A DNA stretch of 61,990 bases, counting the filler. It is 14 parts of 14 records of this genome, joined end to end, with 100 filler letters (N's around TTAATTAATTAA, not from the genome) between each part and the next. Parts side by side here need not be neighbours in the genome. Positions count along the whole stretch, not along the records: positions 45,779 to 49,005 come from SRR15195285_7975; positions 49,106 to 53,609 come from SRR15195285_7990; positions 53,710 to 58,274 come from SRR15195285_7991; 11 more parts are not named here. The stretch is one strand, 5' to 3'. Below, in pieces: positions 46,371 to 58,374 of the stretch. Every line of letters begins with the position of its first letter. The first letter of the stretch is position 1. The notes beneath the pieces were generated by a model. It was given only the letters and a program-made list of their open reading frames with translations, ran no database searches and was not told the DNA's origin. Both the position numbers and the translations under genes were made by a program.

Positions 46371-48582
46371 TCAATACGAAGGTTGGTAAACGCACGCAAG
46401 CAAGCTGCTTTCTCCGCGTATCCAGGACTGGGCGGGCTTCTCTACACATTGTGTTAGACCCCAGCCAGCGAGCAGGCTGAGACCTAGTGCCACCGGAATC
46501 ATGAACCAGGGAATCATTGGCAGGGCTCCGAACATCCACGCTTGCAGACAGGCAGAACAGAACGCCTCCGGCTCACCCTCCCAGTCAATTGGTGGCTCCG
46601 GAGCCTCTCCACCCTCCACTAGCGACGCCATACATTGATCGAACAGCTCTTGCTCACAAATGGTCGCAGGACCGCGTGTTTCTTCATCCGCAAAGATCGC
46701 GGCAATGCCCAGCATGACTATCATGTGACTCATGTAAAACGACATGGAAATCTCACCGAGCCAGACGAGTGGAGCCGAATTTGTGAATCGTGAAGTCGCG
46801 CTTAGACCTGAAGTTCCGCGTGTAGCAGTTTAAGAACAGTGGCACAGGCAACTGGGGCAGCATTCAGGTGGCGCAGCACGCACCATGGTCATAGGTGAGC
46901 GAAACGATGATGCCAAGCTCAAGCATTACGATGGCCGGCTCCAGCCCCAACCTCCCCGCAAACAAAATCATAAAACCGATCAAGTCGGCAGGCTCGGAGA
47001 ACCCATCATCGCTGCCGAAGATCAGGCTTATCAGCACAGAACCCATCACAACGAGCAAGATGGAGCCATAATAGAGACCCGTCGCAAGGTCTGCGCGGCG
47101 GGCCCACACCTCCGGCGGGTCCCGTCCTTTCTGTCCGATTATCGTCTGTAGCGCGCAGCAAGCGCAGCTCACGCAGCGCGTGAAACAGCGACAGCAGCTG
47201 CAAGGACCTGCCACAACGATCGAATCAAGCGCTGAAGAGGAATGTGTGTGCTGCTGCTGATGTGATATCAAAAAGGCATCTGCCGGCTGCGCTTGTGCCT
47301 GTGCCTCTACCGCCTCGCCTATCTTGATAGCCGCCGCAAGTGTAGCGTCGTGTGGGTTGCCCTTTAGGTCGCGGTACATCATCTTGATAGCCTTGTGGAC
47401 GGCGCCACCAGAACGCTGCACGGCATCGCTGAGACACTCGCGAGCGTCGTCGTCATCAATGCGGTCTTTCTCCATCTCTTCGTGCACTTCGAGTCGGTTC
47501 AACGCAGCAAGGCAGCCCATAAAGAACACCATCACGCGTGTCATTGGCCAGGCTCGACCGATCCAGTAGCCGTTGTCTTCCTGCGTGTCGAAGAAAAATC
47601 GCGGCGCATCTGTGAAGTTGCGCAGCTCTAGCTGCAGTACTGGCACGGCGCTGGCATAGGCGAATGAAGCGCCGTAGGTGAGAGCCTGTAGCCAGTAAAA
47701 GTTCCTGCTCCGTCGGTCGGGTTCGCGACCACTATGTTAGATGGGCAAGGGGCGAGCACCCTCGCAAGGGACCGTCTGTAGACTGGCCAGCGAGAGCGTA
47801 GGACGGAGTGCAATTGCGTACACGATCCACTTCGAGCGCTGCTGTGTCGACATGCGCTGCATGCGCGGCAGCGCGCACGGAAACACCCAATAGAAAAAGC
47901 TCATGGTGGTGATGGTCCAGCAGACTGGATTGGGTGGTGGGCCAACGTCAATGAACGGGTAGAGCCAAGAGTTTATCCCGAAGAGCGAGAGGAATGCGGA
48001 GAGGATCACTGTGTGCGGACCAGCCATGCCGTCGATTCCAGCCGGCGCCATGCCCACGAGCACCACAGGAAAGAACAGCAAGTTGGTCACATAGTACACT
48101 GGTGCCAGGCGGGCGAAGCGATTCCGCCAGAACCTCTTGGCGTCGAACTTCTTCGCAGCATCGCTTGGCAGCTCGTCGCCGCAGCACCCTCCTTCGTCGG
48201 AATAGTTGCTCTGTCCGTAGCCCAGCGTCATTACAAACCCACTCAGGAGGTAAAAAAATGGCATCGCCGCACCGCCGATGAGGTCGAGCCGTAGCGTGCT
48301 GAAATTGAACATATGGCCGAGCGCGACGTGAAGTGCCGCCAGGCCTCGCACGCCAGTGAGAGCAGAGGTGTCGACCCGCCGTTTGGCTTCCAGCGACGGC
48401 GTGTCAACCACTGGCTGCCGCGATGGCAGCAACGATTGACCCTCTTCGACGGCCTCGCCAGCGGCATCGGACCCGCCATCCACGGCAGTGCGGAAGGCCA
48501 GCTGCCCGCCGATGGCCACGTCGGAGGGTGTTCCCTGCAGCGCACTCGCCCTCAGCGGATTTGGCTTCGGCTTCGGCCCCAT
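46371..48582 (-). CDS. Acyltransferase-3 (OafA-like) membrane protein, multi-exon
   Basis: LTGVRGLAALHVALGH, FFYLLSGFVM, FWRNRFARLAPVY, WTITTMSFFYWVFP, RVMVFFMG, WLGEISMSFYMSH. Confidence 0.88.
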
Positions 48583-49324
48583 GTTTCCTCGAACAAGGTC
48601 CTCTTCCACCTCAACGGCTGCCAATCCAGAGTGATGATGCTCGAGGCACGATCGACTACCTGGCAGCCTACTTAGCAGCACGCGCAGCAGTAGCGCGAGT
48701 GCGTGCCCTGGGACACGCACGCGCGCGGCGCCGCGGCGGCTACGCGCCCGCGCGCGCGGCCGCGCGCGCACGCGACGATGATCGAGATCGGTCGCGGAAT
48801 GAGAAATGAGCAGTCGCGACCCCATCGGCATGCCTGATTCACATTCTTGAATTCAGTGATTCTTGGGTCTCCGCAGTAATTTCATGTGTATTGCATTAAC
48901 TCGGATTGTAATAGGAACTCTTTTCGGTTGATTCCGACCAAAATATGTGGTTCTCAGCGGGTGGAGCGAATTCGAAGGAAAAGATGAACTCTGATGCATA
49001 TCAACNNNNNNNNNNNNNNNNNNNNNNNNNNNNNNNNNNNNNNNNNNNNTTAATTAATTAANNNNNNNNNNNNNNNNNNNNNNNNNNNNNNNNNNNNNNN
49101 NNNNNTAGGACCTAGGAGGCGTCAGGCGTCAGGGCTGAGGGCCGAGAGCCGAGGGCTGAGGGCGTACTATAGTATACTGTACGGACGGAGCGACGGACGG
49201 GATTCCCGGACTGCAGGAGCCGTTCGGCGCCGGCGCCGAGCTGCCTGGGGGGACCAGAGGGCGGCAGCGCCCACGGCTGACTGCTGGGCCGTGAGCGAGG
49301 CAGCTTGGGGACTGGGGGGGGGGG

Positions 49325-51172
49325 ATGGCGACGGATGGCCGAAGGCGCGAGGCGCCGAGCGTCTGGGAGCGGCTGGACGCGGAGCAAGCCGGCGCTGCTG
49401 GAGTGCCGTACGATACCCACGGCAGCAATTGGCCGGCAGGCGGAAAAGCGATGCCAGTGAAGCTGAGTGAAGATGAGCAGCGAGCCCAGTGGGCGGCTAA
49501 CCTAGCAGCGGTAGCAGAGCAGCGCAAGGCAGAGCCACCACGCCTTACGCAGACCGCAAGCTCGATCAACCCGTTGGAGTGGGACCTGCCCTCGGGAGCA
49601 GCAAACGTGGAGGCGCAGGCAAACGCGGTCCACGCACCTGCACCGGCAGAAGTGCAGCAGAAATGGGCGGACGACCTTGCGGCGGCAAGGGCACAGGGGC
49701 CACCGCATGCACGCAGGTCGGTCGGTGACCACGAGCCAACGGAAGCGCGCTCTGACAAGCCTGGTCTACCGCGGGGGGCAGAGACCGGAAGGCAGTCCAG
49801 TGCGCCGTTTGGTCTGGAGCAGGATAACCCAGCGCATGTCAAGCCTCAGCCAGTGGCAGTTGAACCCCAGGACCGGGAAGCAGCCCAGGCTCAGTGGCAG
49901 CAGACGTTGGATGCAGTGCACTCTGACTATCCTCGCTTCGCGCGGAAGGCGTCCGATGTGCACCTGCCACCATCTACCTCTGGCCATGGTTTCGTGCTCT
50001 CCTCTAATGGTGCGATGAAAGCCAAGCCGCCAGTGCAAGGGGCGCGCGCGGTCGAGCGAGCGGTAAAATTGCCTCAGGCCAAGACCAAGACTAAGACCAA
50101 GACTGAGGTAGTAGAGTCGCTGGCTGCAGAGCAGCAGAAACAGTCTACAGAGGCGACTGGTAGCGAATTGAGTCATCCAAGAAAAATGAGCCGAGCGCGG
50201 CTCGATGCGCTTGCTGCGCCAAAACAGACTTATTCGCCACGCGACAGCGCGAGAAGAAGGCCCAGTTCTGCCGGTGACAGCGTTGCCTCAGCACGATCCA
50301 CAGCGTCAAGTTCACGCAGCGTAGCAACTAGCTCAAGGCATCACACGGTCCCCAGGAGTGCCTCCGATCTGCAGCAAAGGCAGGCGTGGAAAGCCGTGGC
50401 AAGCGCAGCGCGCGAGTCGCTCGGGCCTACGACGTGGAAAGCCATGAGTCGAGCAGAAAAAAAGGACTTTCTACGCGCAGCAATCGGTCAGAATCCAGAA
50501 GCTGCACACGGGTGTAGATTTAACAGTGTCCCTGCAAACGGCGAAATGGAAGCACAGGCTTCAGTATCGGAAGCGAGCTCTGTTTTGAGTGATATGTGTA
50601 CTGCATCGCTGTCCTCATCTCGACGGTCTTCGGTCGCTGCATCGGCGTCTTCGTCTCGACGATCCGCTGGATCTTCGGTCACTGCCCGCACCGCCAGCAC
50701 GGGCAGCACTGGTCCCCAAGTTCGTTCGGACACTAGTAGTGGCCTGAGATTAGAAGGGACACAGGTCGTGGACGCACATGCTACGGTGCAGTGGAACATT
50801 TCCGACCAATACGATGCCGACAACCAAAATGCAGGGAACCAAGACAACCGCTTCGTCTCGTCAATGCAAGCCTCGATGTCGCAATCTGCTGCTGCAGCGA
50901 CGGCAGCTCCTGCTCCCGCTGCAACTGGAAGGGCAACTCGCATCACGAACGTGCACGCATCGTCCAACTGGAATATCAGTGATCAGTTTGCTGGAACTAG
51001 TGACGGTGACCAAGGTGACCGATTTGTCACGGCGGCTAGTGCATCACACCAGCAAACAAGCGGTAGAGGCGGCGTTGGTGGCAGCGTTGGAGGAGGAGCT
51101 CAGCGGCGTCAGCCAGTGCGGACATCAGCATCTCTTCAAACCTCTTCGTTTTCTCTGGGTTGGCCAGCCTAG
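49325..51172 (+). CDS. Low-complexity Ser/Ala-rich protein with internal repeats (possibly microtubule/cilium-associated)
   Basis: 615-aa ORF with repeated W-containing helices, two H..WNISDQ..RFV repeats and an RARLDALAAPK motif. Confidence 0.65.
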   Translation: MATDGRRREAPSVWERLDAEQAGAAGVPYDTHGSNWPAGGKAMPVKLSEDEQRAQWAANLAAVAEQRKAEPPRLTQTASSINPLEWDLPSGAANVEAQANAVHAPAPAEVQQKWADDLAAARAQGPPHARRSVGDHEPTEARSDKPGLPRGAETGRQSSAPFGLEQDNPAHVKPQPVAVEPQDREAAQAQWQQTLDAVHSDYPRFARKASDVHLPPSTSGHGFVLSSNGAMKAKPPVQGARAVERAVKLPQAKTKTKTKTEVVESLAAEQQKQSTEATGSELSHPRKMSRARLDALAAPKQTYSPRDSARRRPSSAGDSVASARSTASSSRSVATSSRHHTVPRSASDLQQRQAWKAVASAARESLGPTTWKAMSRAEKKDFLRAAIGQNPEAAHGCRFNSVPANGEMEAQASVSEASSVLSDMCTASLSSSRRSSVAASASSSRRSAGSSVTARTASTGSTGPQVRSDTSSGLRLEGTQVVDAHATVQWNISDQYDADNQNAGNQDNRFVSSMQASMSQSAAAATAAPAPAATGRATRITNVHASSNWNISDQFAGTSDGDQGDRFVTAASASHQQTSGRGGVGGSVGGGAQRRQPVRTSASLQTSSFSLGWPA

Positions 51173-51550
51173 AACGGCGCTGGACAGCGGTACTGTCGAG
51201 ACATCATCATTTTGTCAGGCGTGTGCATCATCTTGCAGGGTTCTGTGCGACCAAGAACTGGATTGCGAGCGACAATCGCTCTATAGATAGCCGTCATTGG
51301 TCAAAGTGCCGTTGCTGGTGGACTACAGTGCTATTGACCGTTCTATACGGCAACCTGGAAAACGATTTTCTTGTTTATTGTACAAGACTACGGTCGCTCG
51401 ACCGCTCACAGTGAGGATGGCAATAGCTTGAGGTTGAAATTAGCGAGCACATGCACAAGGTGCCAGAAGATTGTACAGTGCAGCGCGAGCCTGTGTCCAA
51501 TAGCAATGAACCTCAGTGTGCTACTCCACGGCTAACCTCTCAGAGTCTGC

Positions 51551-53256
51551 TCAGCTTTCGTGCCCCCAAGCCACGGACAAGCAGAATCCAATGCCTCCAA
51601 CAAGCTGCGCCGGAACGGCAACCATCAGCATCGTATGCATAGGTAGCGACCCTGCGGCAAAGAAGCCAACGCATTGTGCAAAACCGGTCAGCCCGTTCGA
51701 GCATGCAAAGGCCGCGTCCGTTTCTCCCACCCACGACGCAGAGAGATGCGAATACAGCATCGTCTGCGAAGCCGCGCTGCTCAGGCCTATGGCGATACCG
51801 ACGGCACTGATCGACACCCAACTGTCCTTTGCCGGCACCCACCAGTATCTGCAACAACACACGGACGGTTAGTCGCTTGGCGGCACGAATAGGCAAGGTC
51901 GATCCGTTCCAGCTGGTGGGCTTGTGCACAGGATGTTCTACAGACGCAGGTAGCGCACGCACAGCAAGCCGCTGACAGCAGAGTTTAAGATCAAGGCAAG
52001 CACGAATATCGCCACCCTGGAGGCCGATCCGGATGAGTCCGAAAGTCGGCCACAAAGCGCGTTCGCAACGACGGATGCGCCGCCAACCATCGCCATGATG
52101 AACCCCAAGTTGTTTTCTCCGAGGGCCGGTTTCACAACGAGAGCGGTAAAGTCTGCCGTCACGAAACTGCCCATGAACCCGGTACTTAGCACCAAGGGGA
52201 GCAGCGCCTGCATTTTACGCGCACGGAGAAGCCGCAGGACTGCAGAAAGATCGCGCTTGGGCACCTCATCGCCCTGTTCCACGCTCTGCTGCCCTACGCC
52301 AGGCTTTTCGTCCTCTTTCTCGGCGGCTGCCAGTGGTGGTATTTGCAGGCCGCAGCCAATCAGGGTGGCACCGATCAGCACAAAGAGCGTATAGATTGCA
52401 AAGAGGAGCACGATTGTCGATCGAGCCGGCGTGTCGTCGCCACTCCCTCCAGCGCTGTGGCTTCCGAGCATGCGGAACAGAAGTGCGTAGAACGTGTTGC
52501 CGACGAGCTGAGTGGTCATGAAGATGCTCATGAAGATGCCCTGGAACATGCCCACGCGTGACGTGGGCGCCAAGCCGTTGTCTGTGGCGTAGCTCAGCGC
52601 CAGCCGCGTGAGCAGAGTGTTCTGCGCCACGAACATGGGGCCGCAGGCGAGCCCGACGTTGCAGGCGGCAGGATAGAGCGTCCACCAGCGCGGGAACATG
52701 TTGGCGGCGATGAACGTGCCGTACATGCACATCGGGACCACGATGGCCGCCTTCAGGCCGACCTGGCGGACAATGCTTGGTGCGAGCACATAGCCGACCG
52801 GGAGCAGGGAGTAGACGATCCCCAGCGCCGTCGTCCCGCTCACCCCAGCGTGCAACGGCAGCGACGACTGCAGGTTCTGGGCCGAGTGCCACGCGGTGAA
52901 GGTGAAGAAAAACCCCAGCCCGAGCAGCACCGTACCTGCGGCGGCAGACACGACACAGGATCGTTGAGCAGAAGCCCGCACGTGGACTTGGCAGGGGCAA
53001 CACCACGGAGGCATAGAGCAGCAGGGAGGACTAAATGGTGGAAAGCGAGGGCCCCGCCCCGGCGGGTGTTTAGCTTTGTGCGTAGCTACGTACTCGTGAT
53101 CTGGTTGCCGTCCTTCGCCCGCGCCAGCCTGGGCCGTCCCCCGCCGCCGCCCGCGCCTGCCCTCTGCAGCAGCAGCTCGCTGTGAGTGTCGTGGCTCTGC
53201 ACGCCGAAGAGCAAGCGGTCGCACAGCGCCGCCCCCAGCGGCACCCCCTGCGCCAT
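51551..53256 (-). CDS. UNC93A: UNC-93-like MFS membrane protein
   Basis: GFFFTFTAWHSAQNLQSSL, APSIVRQVGLK, FIAANMFPRWWTLYPA, GPMFVAQNTLLT, TQLVGN, GSFVTADFT. Two GT-AG introns. Confidence 0.85.
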
Positions 53257-53990
53257 CCCTCCCAGCCACTGCCAGTCAGTGAATCGCTGCCATCGACTGC
53301 GACCACGCACGTTGGCTGCCTGGCACCGCGCACTCCGCCGGTTGGCGTTGGGGTCACTTGATACTATGGTCACCCGAATTGCTAATCGAGAAATCGACCA
53401 ATCCACACGAAGATTGCAAAATGATAGGCAATTCCAATACCGACTCGATTCAGCTCTGCCCTGCTTTTGTGTCACTCCGATTGGGAGTTGTCGAATCAAC
53501 ACAGAATTGCGGAGTACACATACTTCAATGTTTCCGGAATGTTCAAAAGCCCCTCATCGAAGAACAGGGGGCTGCTGGTCAAGAAATGCCGGGAATGACC
53601 GATCCCCTCNNNNNNNNNNNNNNNNNNNNNNNNNNNNNNNNNNNNNNNNNNNNTTAATTAATTAANNNNNNNNNNNNNNNNNNNNNNNNNNNNNNNNNNN
53701 NNNNNNNNNCTTTGATTTCAAACCTCATTTCGTGTCGCATTTCCGTTTTCCTGGGATAGGGAATCGCGGGTTGAATCGACTGAAGAAGAATTCATCTTCG
53801 TGAATTGGACCCGGCCGCCGCATGCAGTCGCTGCAGTCGATGCAGGCGGAGCGCGTCGGTCGCGCGACGCCGCGCGGACGGCGGTGGGGGTCGGCGGGCT
53901 GGTGCGTAGGTGCGTCCAGGCGTCCACCACGCCACGTCGGTCTTCGGCCGCTTCGTTCGCTCACCGGCATCGACCACGTCGGTGCCCACG

Positions 53991-55370
53991 ATGCTGCGCC
54001 ACACCCGAGCGTTCCGGACGATGGCGTCGCGACGCTCGCGCGGGCATAGCAGCCAGTGCAGGAGGTTCAGTGCCGGCGCTGCTGGGCGCGACACTAGCCG
54101 TGGTGCGGTAGGTGTGGGTACGACCAGTGTGTGGGCCGGCGAGGAAAAATACCTCGTCGAGCGTGCGACACAGGTGCCCATCGTCAACGCGGTCGGGTAC
54201 GGCTACGACGACGTGGACGAGTGGTACGCCGTGGCGACAGGGGATGCCGAGGGTCACATTTACTCGCGCAACACGAACCCGACGGTGCGTGCGTTTGAGA
54301 AGAAAGCACAGGCACTGGAGGGCGCCGAGGACGCCATCGCATTCTCCAGCGGCATGGCTGCGATCTCGAACACGTTGTTTGCTCTCCTCAAGCCGGGTGA
54401 TCGCGTGGTGTCCATCAAAGATAGCTATGGTGGGACGTCGCTCCTCTTCCTCGAGTTTCTCCCCAAATATGGCGTGGAGGTAGAACTGGTCGAGACGTCT
54501 GACTTCGACGCAATCGAGGCCGCAGTCTCAGCCGCACCTACTGCATTGCTCTACCTTGAAACGCCAACCAATCCAACGCTCAAGGTCGTCGACATCGAGC
54601 GCCTCACTGCGCATGCCAAAGAGACGTGGGGGTCGATCGTGTGCGTCGACAACACGTTCGCGACGCCCGTGAACCAGCTGCCGCTGACTCTAGGGGCGGA
54701 CATTGTGCTGCATTCTGCCTCGAAGTTCCTCGGGGGGCATGCCGACGCGCTCGGTGGGATTGCAGCTGGTGACACGAAGCTTATCAGGGAGATTTACCAC
54801 TGGCGCGAGATTCATGGAGCATGCTTGGACCCAGGGGCTGCATATGCGCTACTGCGTGGAATGAAGACTCTGGAGCTGCGTGTGACACGGCAGAACGCGA
54901 GCGCGATGGCGGTGGCAGAGTTCTTGATGGCGCATCCAGCGGTGCGTCCTCCATGCGCATGCGCTGTGCTGATGCGTGTGCCGTACTGAGACATTGAGTA
55001 TCCGGTGTTGTGCGTTCGGCAGGTCGAGACCGTGCGTTACCCAGGACTGCCGAGCCATCCAGACCACGAAGTCGCCAAGGCGCAGATGACTGGAGGATAC
55101 GGTGGAATGTTGAGCTTTTCGCTCGTTGGCGGAATGGATGCCATGAAGGCTTTCCTCCCGAAGCTCAAGTTCGCTCACCGCGCTGCCAATCTAGGGCCTG
55201 TTGAAACTACCGTGGGGCCGCCGATGACGACGTCACATGTGGAGTGCAGTCCAGAGGAGCGAGCACAGTTGGGTATCCCGGAAGGACTGGTTCGCTACAG
55301 CACCGGGATCGAAGATGTAGAGGACCTGATTGCGGACCTGGATCAGGCCTTGGCATCGCTTGCGAATTAA
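53991..55370 (+). CDS. PLP-dependent Cys/Met metabolism enzyme (cystathionine gamma-synthase/lyase family) with mitochondrial-type presequence
   Basis: YSRNTNPT, FSSGMAAI, YLETPTNPTL, DNTFATP, HSASKFLGGHAD (PLP lysine), LVRYSTGIED. Intron 54942-55022. Confidence 0.92.
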
Positions 55371-55511
55371 CAGTAGCACAAAAGCATCTACATTTCAAAC
55401 CTGTCGCTCCTGCGCACACCACGCTCGGCTGTCGTGGGCGCGGTTTCTCGCTCTAACCGCGCTAATCAAAGAGGCATCAAAAACCTCGTCTGCACACTTT
55501 CAAGGCAGAGC

Positions 55512-55867
55512 TCACTTCGGCACAAGGTGCTCCGGCAGCGACGACATGGGGCGTCTCATGAGGAGGATGTGCGGTTCGGGCTTGTGCTGACCATAATGCA
55601 CCCAGCCCCGGGATTGCTGCACCCCGAGAGCGCGCCACTCACGCTCCGACAGCAAATTCTTCGGGAGATTCTTGGCGATGTCTTGGGGAAGGATCACATG
55701 CCTGCGCGGGGTCGGGGTCAGTAATCAGGCCGGCGCGGCGCATGTTCTTCTCTCTTTTTTTCAGCACAGGCAGCGCGGAGGCACGGTACACAGGAGACAC
55801 GCACGCACCGGTACTCGAAAGTCTCGTCGTAGTACTTGTCCGAGTAATAAATAGTGTTGGCTGGCAT
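55512..55867 (-). CDS. CKS1: Cyclin-dependent kinase regulatory subunit (Cks1/Suc1)
   Basis: [54 protein letters not shown]. Intron 55702-55808. Confidence 0.96.
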
Positions 55868-56701
55868 CGTACTCGCTGCGTCAAAGGGCTCCTCGCACGC
55901 GGGCACACCGGGCTTCTCTCGCAGGCAGGTTGCCGACCGCGGCGGCGGCCCGTATTTTCGAGACCCTTGCTCCTGCCACAACCTTCTCCCCTCCCTCCCC
56001 TCCCGCAAGCCGATACCCCGTCCGCCCCCCCCTTACACCGCCCTCACAGCCAGCCACACAGCCCTCCTAAGGCAGTGACTGGCCCTCAGCCCAGCCCCAG
56101 CAGCCCACTGGGGCCACGTACCCGATGGCGCCCGCCCGCCCGACGCCGCCCGACGACTCTCTCGCGACTCGCCACTTCGCTGCTGCCTGGCCTCTCGCTG
56201 GCGGGGCCGCTGCCTGGCTGGCGTGAAGTCACTCGGATTCGACTTCAAGTTCAAGACTGATGATCGGCGTTGCATGATCCGGGTGGGCCGGGAGCGTCGG
56301 TGCTCATGTCGGTGCTTGGGTCGATTGCACAATGGATTCGCTGGATCGCTGCCTCGTCGCTCGTGCCTTACGTGCCACCGGCACGTGCCTGCCGCCCTGC
56401 CGCCCTTTTTCAATTGTTCATCGCGATTTCCGCCGTCAGATCAAGAAACGAGCACTTGGGGAATCCTCAATCCATGGCGGCATGCACCGGCCGGTCACGG
56501 GTCAGGGTCACGCGCACCGCTCGGCACTGCTGGCCGCGCTCCGCTCGCTACGCTGGCGTTGGCCACGTTCTGTTGGCTGGCTGGCTCACAGCATTGGCTG
56601 CGATGGTATGCGTTTGGACACTGCCAGTGGCTGCTTGACGGAGACTACGACCCCAGCAGCGTCCAGGAACTCTCGAGGGACCGGTTGGGAGCCCGAAGCG
56701 C

Positions 56702-58274
56702 ATGGAGTTGCCTCACGTGGAGCCGGCGCGCACGGCGTCTGAGGACATCTTGACGAGCTTTCAGGTCGAGAGCCAGCAAAAAGTGGCGCAGCTGCGAGAG
56801 ATGGAGGCGCAGCTTCTCGCCCAGTTCTCCGCCGCTAGCCGCAACGCCGCGTGCCAGGGCAACGCGGCCGTCGCCGCGCCGCTGCTGCAGCCCACACATG
56901 GCCTGCAGCCGGAACCCGAGAGCCCGTTCACATCGGAATACGGCTTAGCCACGGAGACGGCGCGAGCATTGGGATCGGATCTTGCTGGTGCCCAACAACG
57001 TGCAGCGCTGGCCGTGAGTGCCGCCACTACGCCCACTGTGGTACCTGAAGGCGTACCCCCGACAATCGAAGAGGTCAATAGCCAGCTGGACAGTTTGACA
57101 GACTTTCTGCGTGCCAAAATGGTCCGGTTAGAGGCGGAGCAGCCGGGCAAACTTGATGTTTATAACCGGGCGCCGCAGCTAATGAGTGATCTCGCACAGC
57201 TCTATTGCGACCTCTATCTGCTGGCGGACGTGATCGACGATGGCTGTGACCAATCTCACAATCACGAGGGGCAGCAGCCTGCGGATAGTGCCGCTGGTGA
57301 GAGGGCGCTCCACCCTGAACCCGCAGCCTCGACGGCTTTGCACGACCTGCAGCTCAACAAGCATCAGTTTGCCGAGGCCTTTTCTTATGCAGCATCTGCG
57401 ATGTCTGCAAGACGTTCACCCGGTCCCGTGGACAGATCGCCTGCTGGCGGCGCTGGGCATGGCGCTAGCACGACGTGGGTGGTCGAGGTCGACCTGAGTC
57501 CACAGCCAGAACGGGAGCTGCAGCCGGACCCGCGAAACGTAGAGTGTCTGGCATGGACCCCAGAAGTTGGTTGGGATGAGAACGCAATGTGTGCATGGGT
57601 GAGGGAATGGGACGAGCAGGCTGCGATGTGGCGCTACACCAACCTTGACACACAGCAGGAGACATGGAGCTACCCAAGTGGCGTCGAACAGTTTGAGCCA
57701 GTGGAGGCTGCTGATTCCCCCTTCGGAGTCGAGAATTCAAGTCTTGTCGACAGTGAAGATCGACCAAGCAGCGATTACGGGGTGCTTCCAGCGCCAGCTA
57801 CTTCACCGCAGAGTCCTGGCGATGCCTCACCACAGCAGGACAACGGTGAGCTGGAAGCTGCAATTGAGGCTCTCGAGCAACAGCTGGCAGCAATCACTGC
57901 CACTAAGGCTGGCCAAGGATCGCTCGAGCCGGGCGGCCATGACGACGCTGGCACGGGTGATCTAGATCTACAGGCCACCGTGGTATCTGTGCTGACAGAT
58001 GCTGATATGCTCGCAGCGAATGCAGGGCAGAGGCCATCTGAGCAAGTATTTCAGCAGGTGGAGAAAGAATTCAGAGCACGTTTGAGTGCGACGGGAAGGC
58101 GGCAACTGGAGGAGGCGATTACGGCAAGAATCAAAAAGCAAGTGGAAATTTCCATCGCAGAGCTAACAAGCTTTGACGAATCAATGCTGCCCATACCTGA
58201 GCCCGAGCGTGAACTACTGCCCGAGTTCAAGACCGAAACAGACTCGCAGGAACGAGCAGCACCTAGTGACGCTG
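56702..58274 (+). CDS. WW-domain protein with a possible DEK-C-like helical domain; 3'-truncated
   Basis: WVREWDEQAAMWRYTNLDTQQETWSYP is a WW domain. LQATVVSVLTDAD..QVFQQVEKEF..L weakly resembles DEK-C. Confidence 0.65.
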
Positions 58275-58374
58275 NNNNNNNNNNNNNNNNNNNNNNNNNN
58301 NNNNNNNNNNNNNNNNNNTTAATTAATTAANNNNNNNNNNNNNNNNNNNNNNNNNNNNNNNNNNNNNNNNNNNN

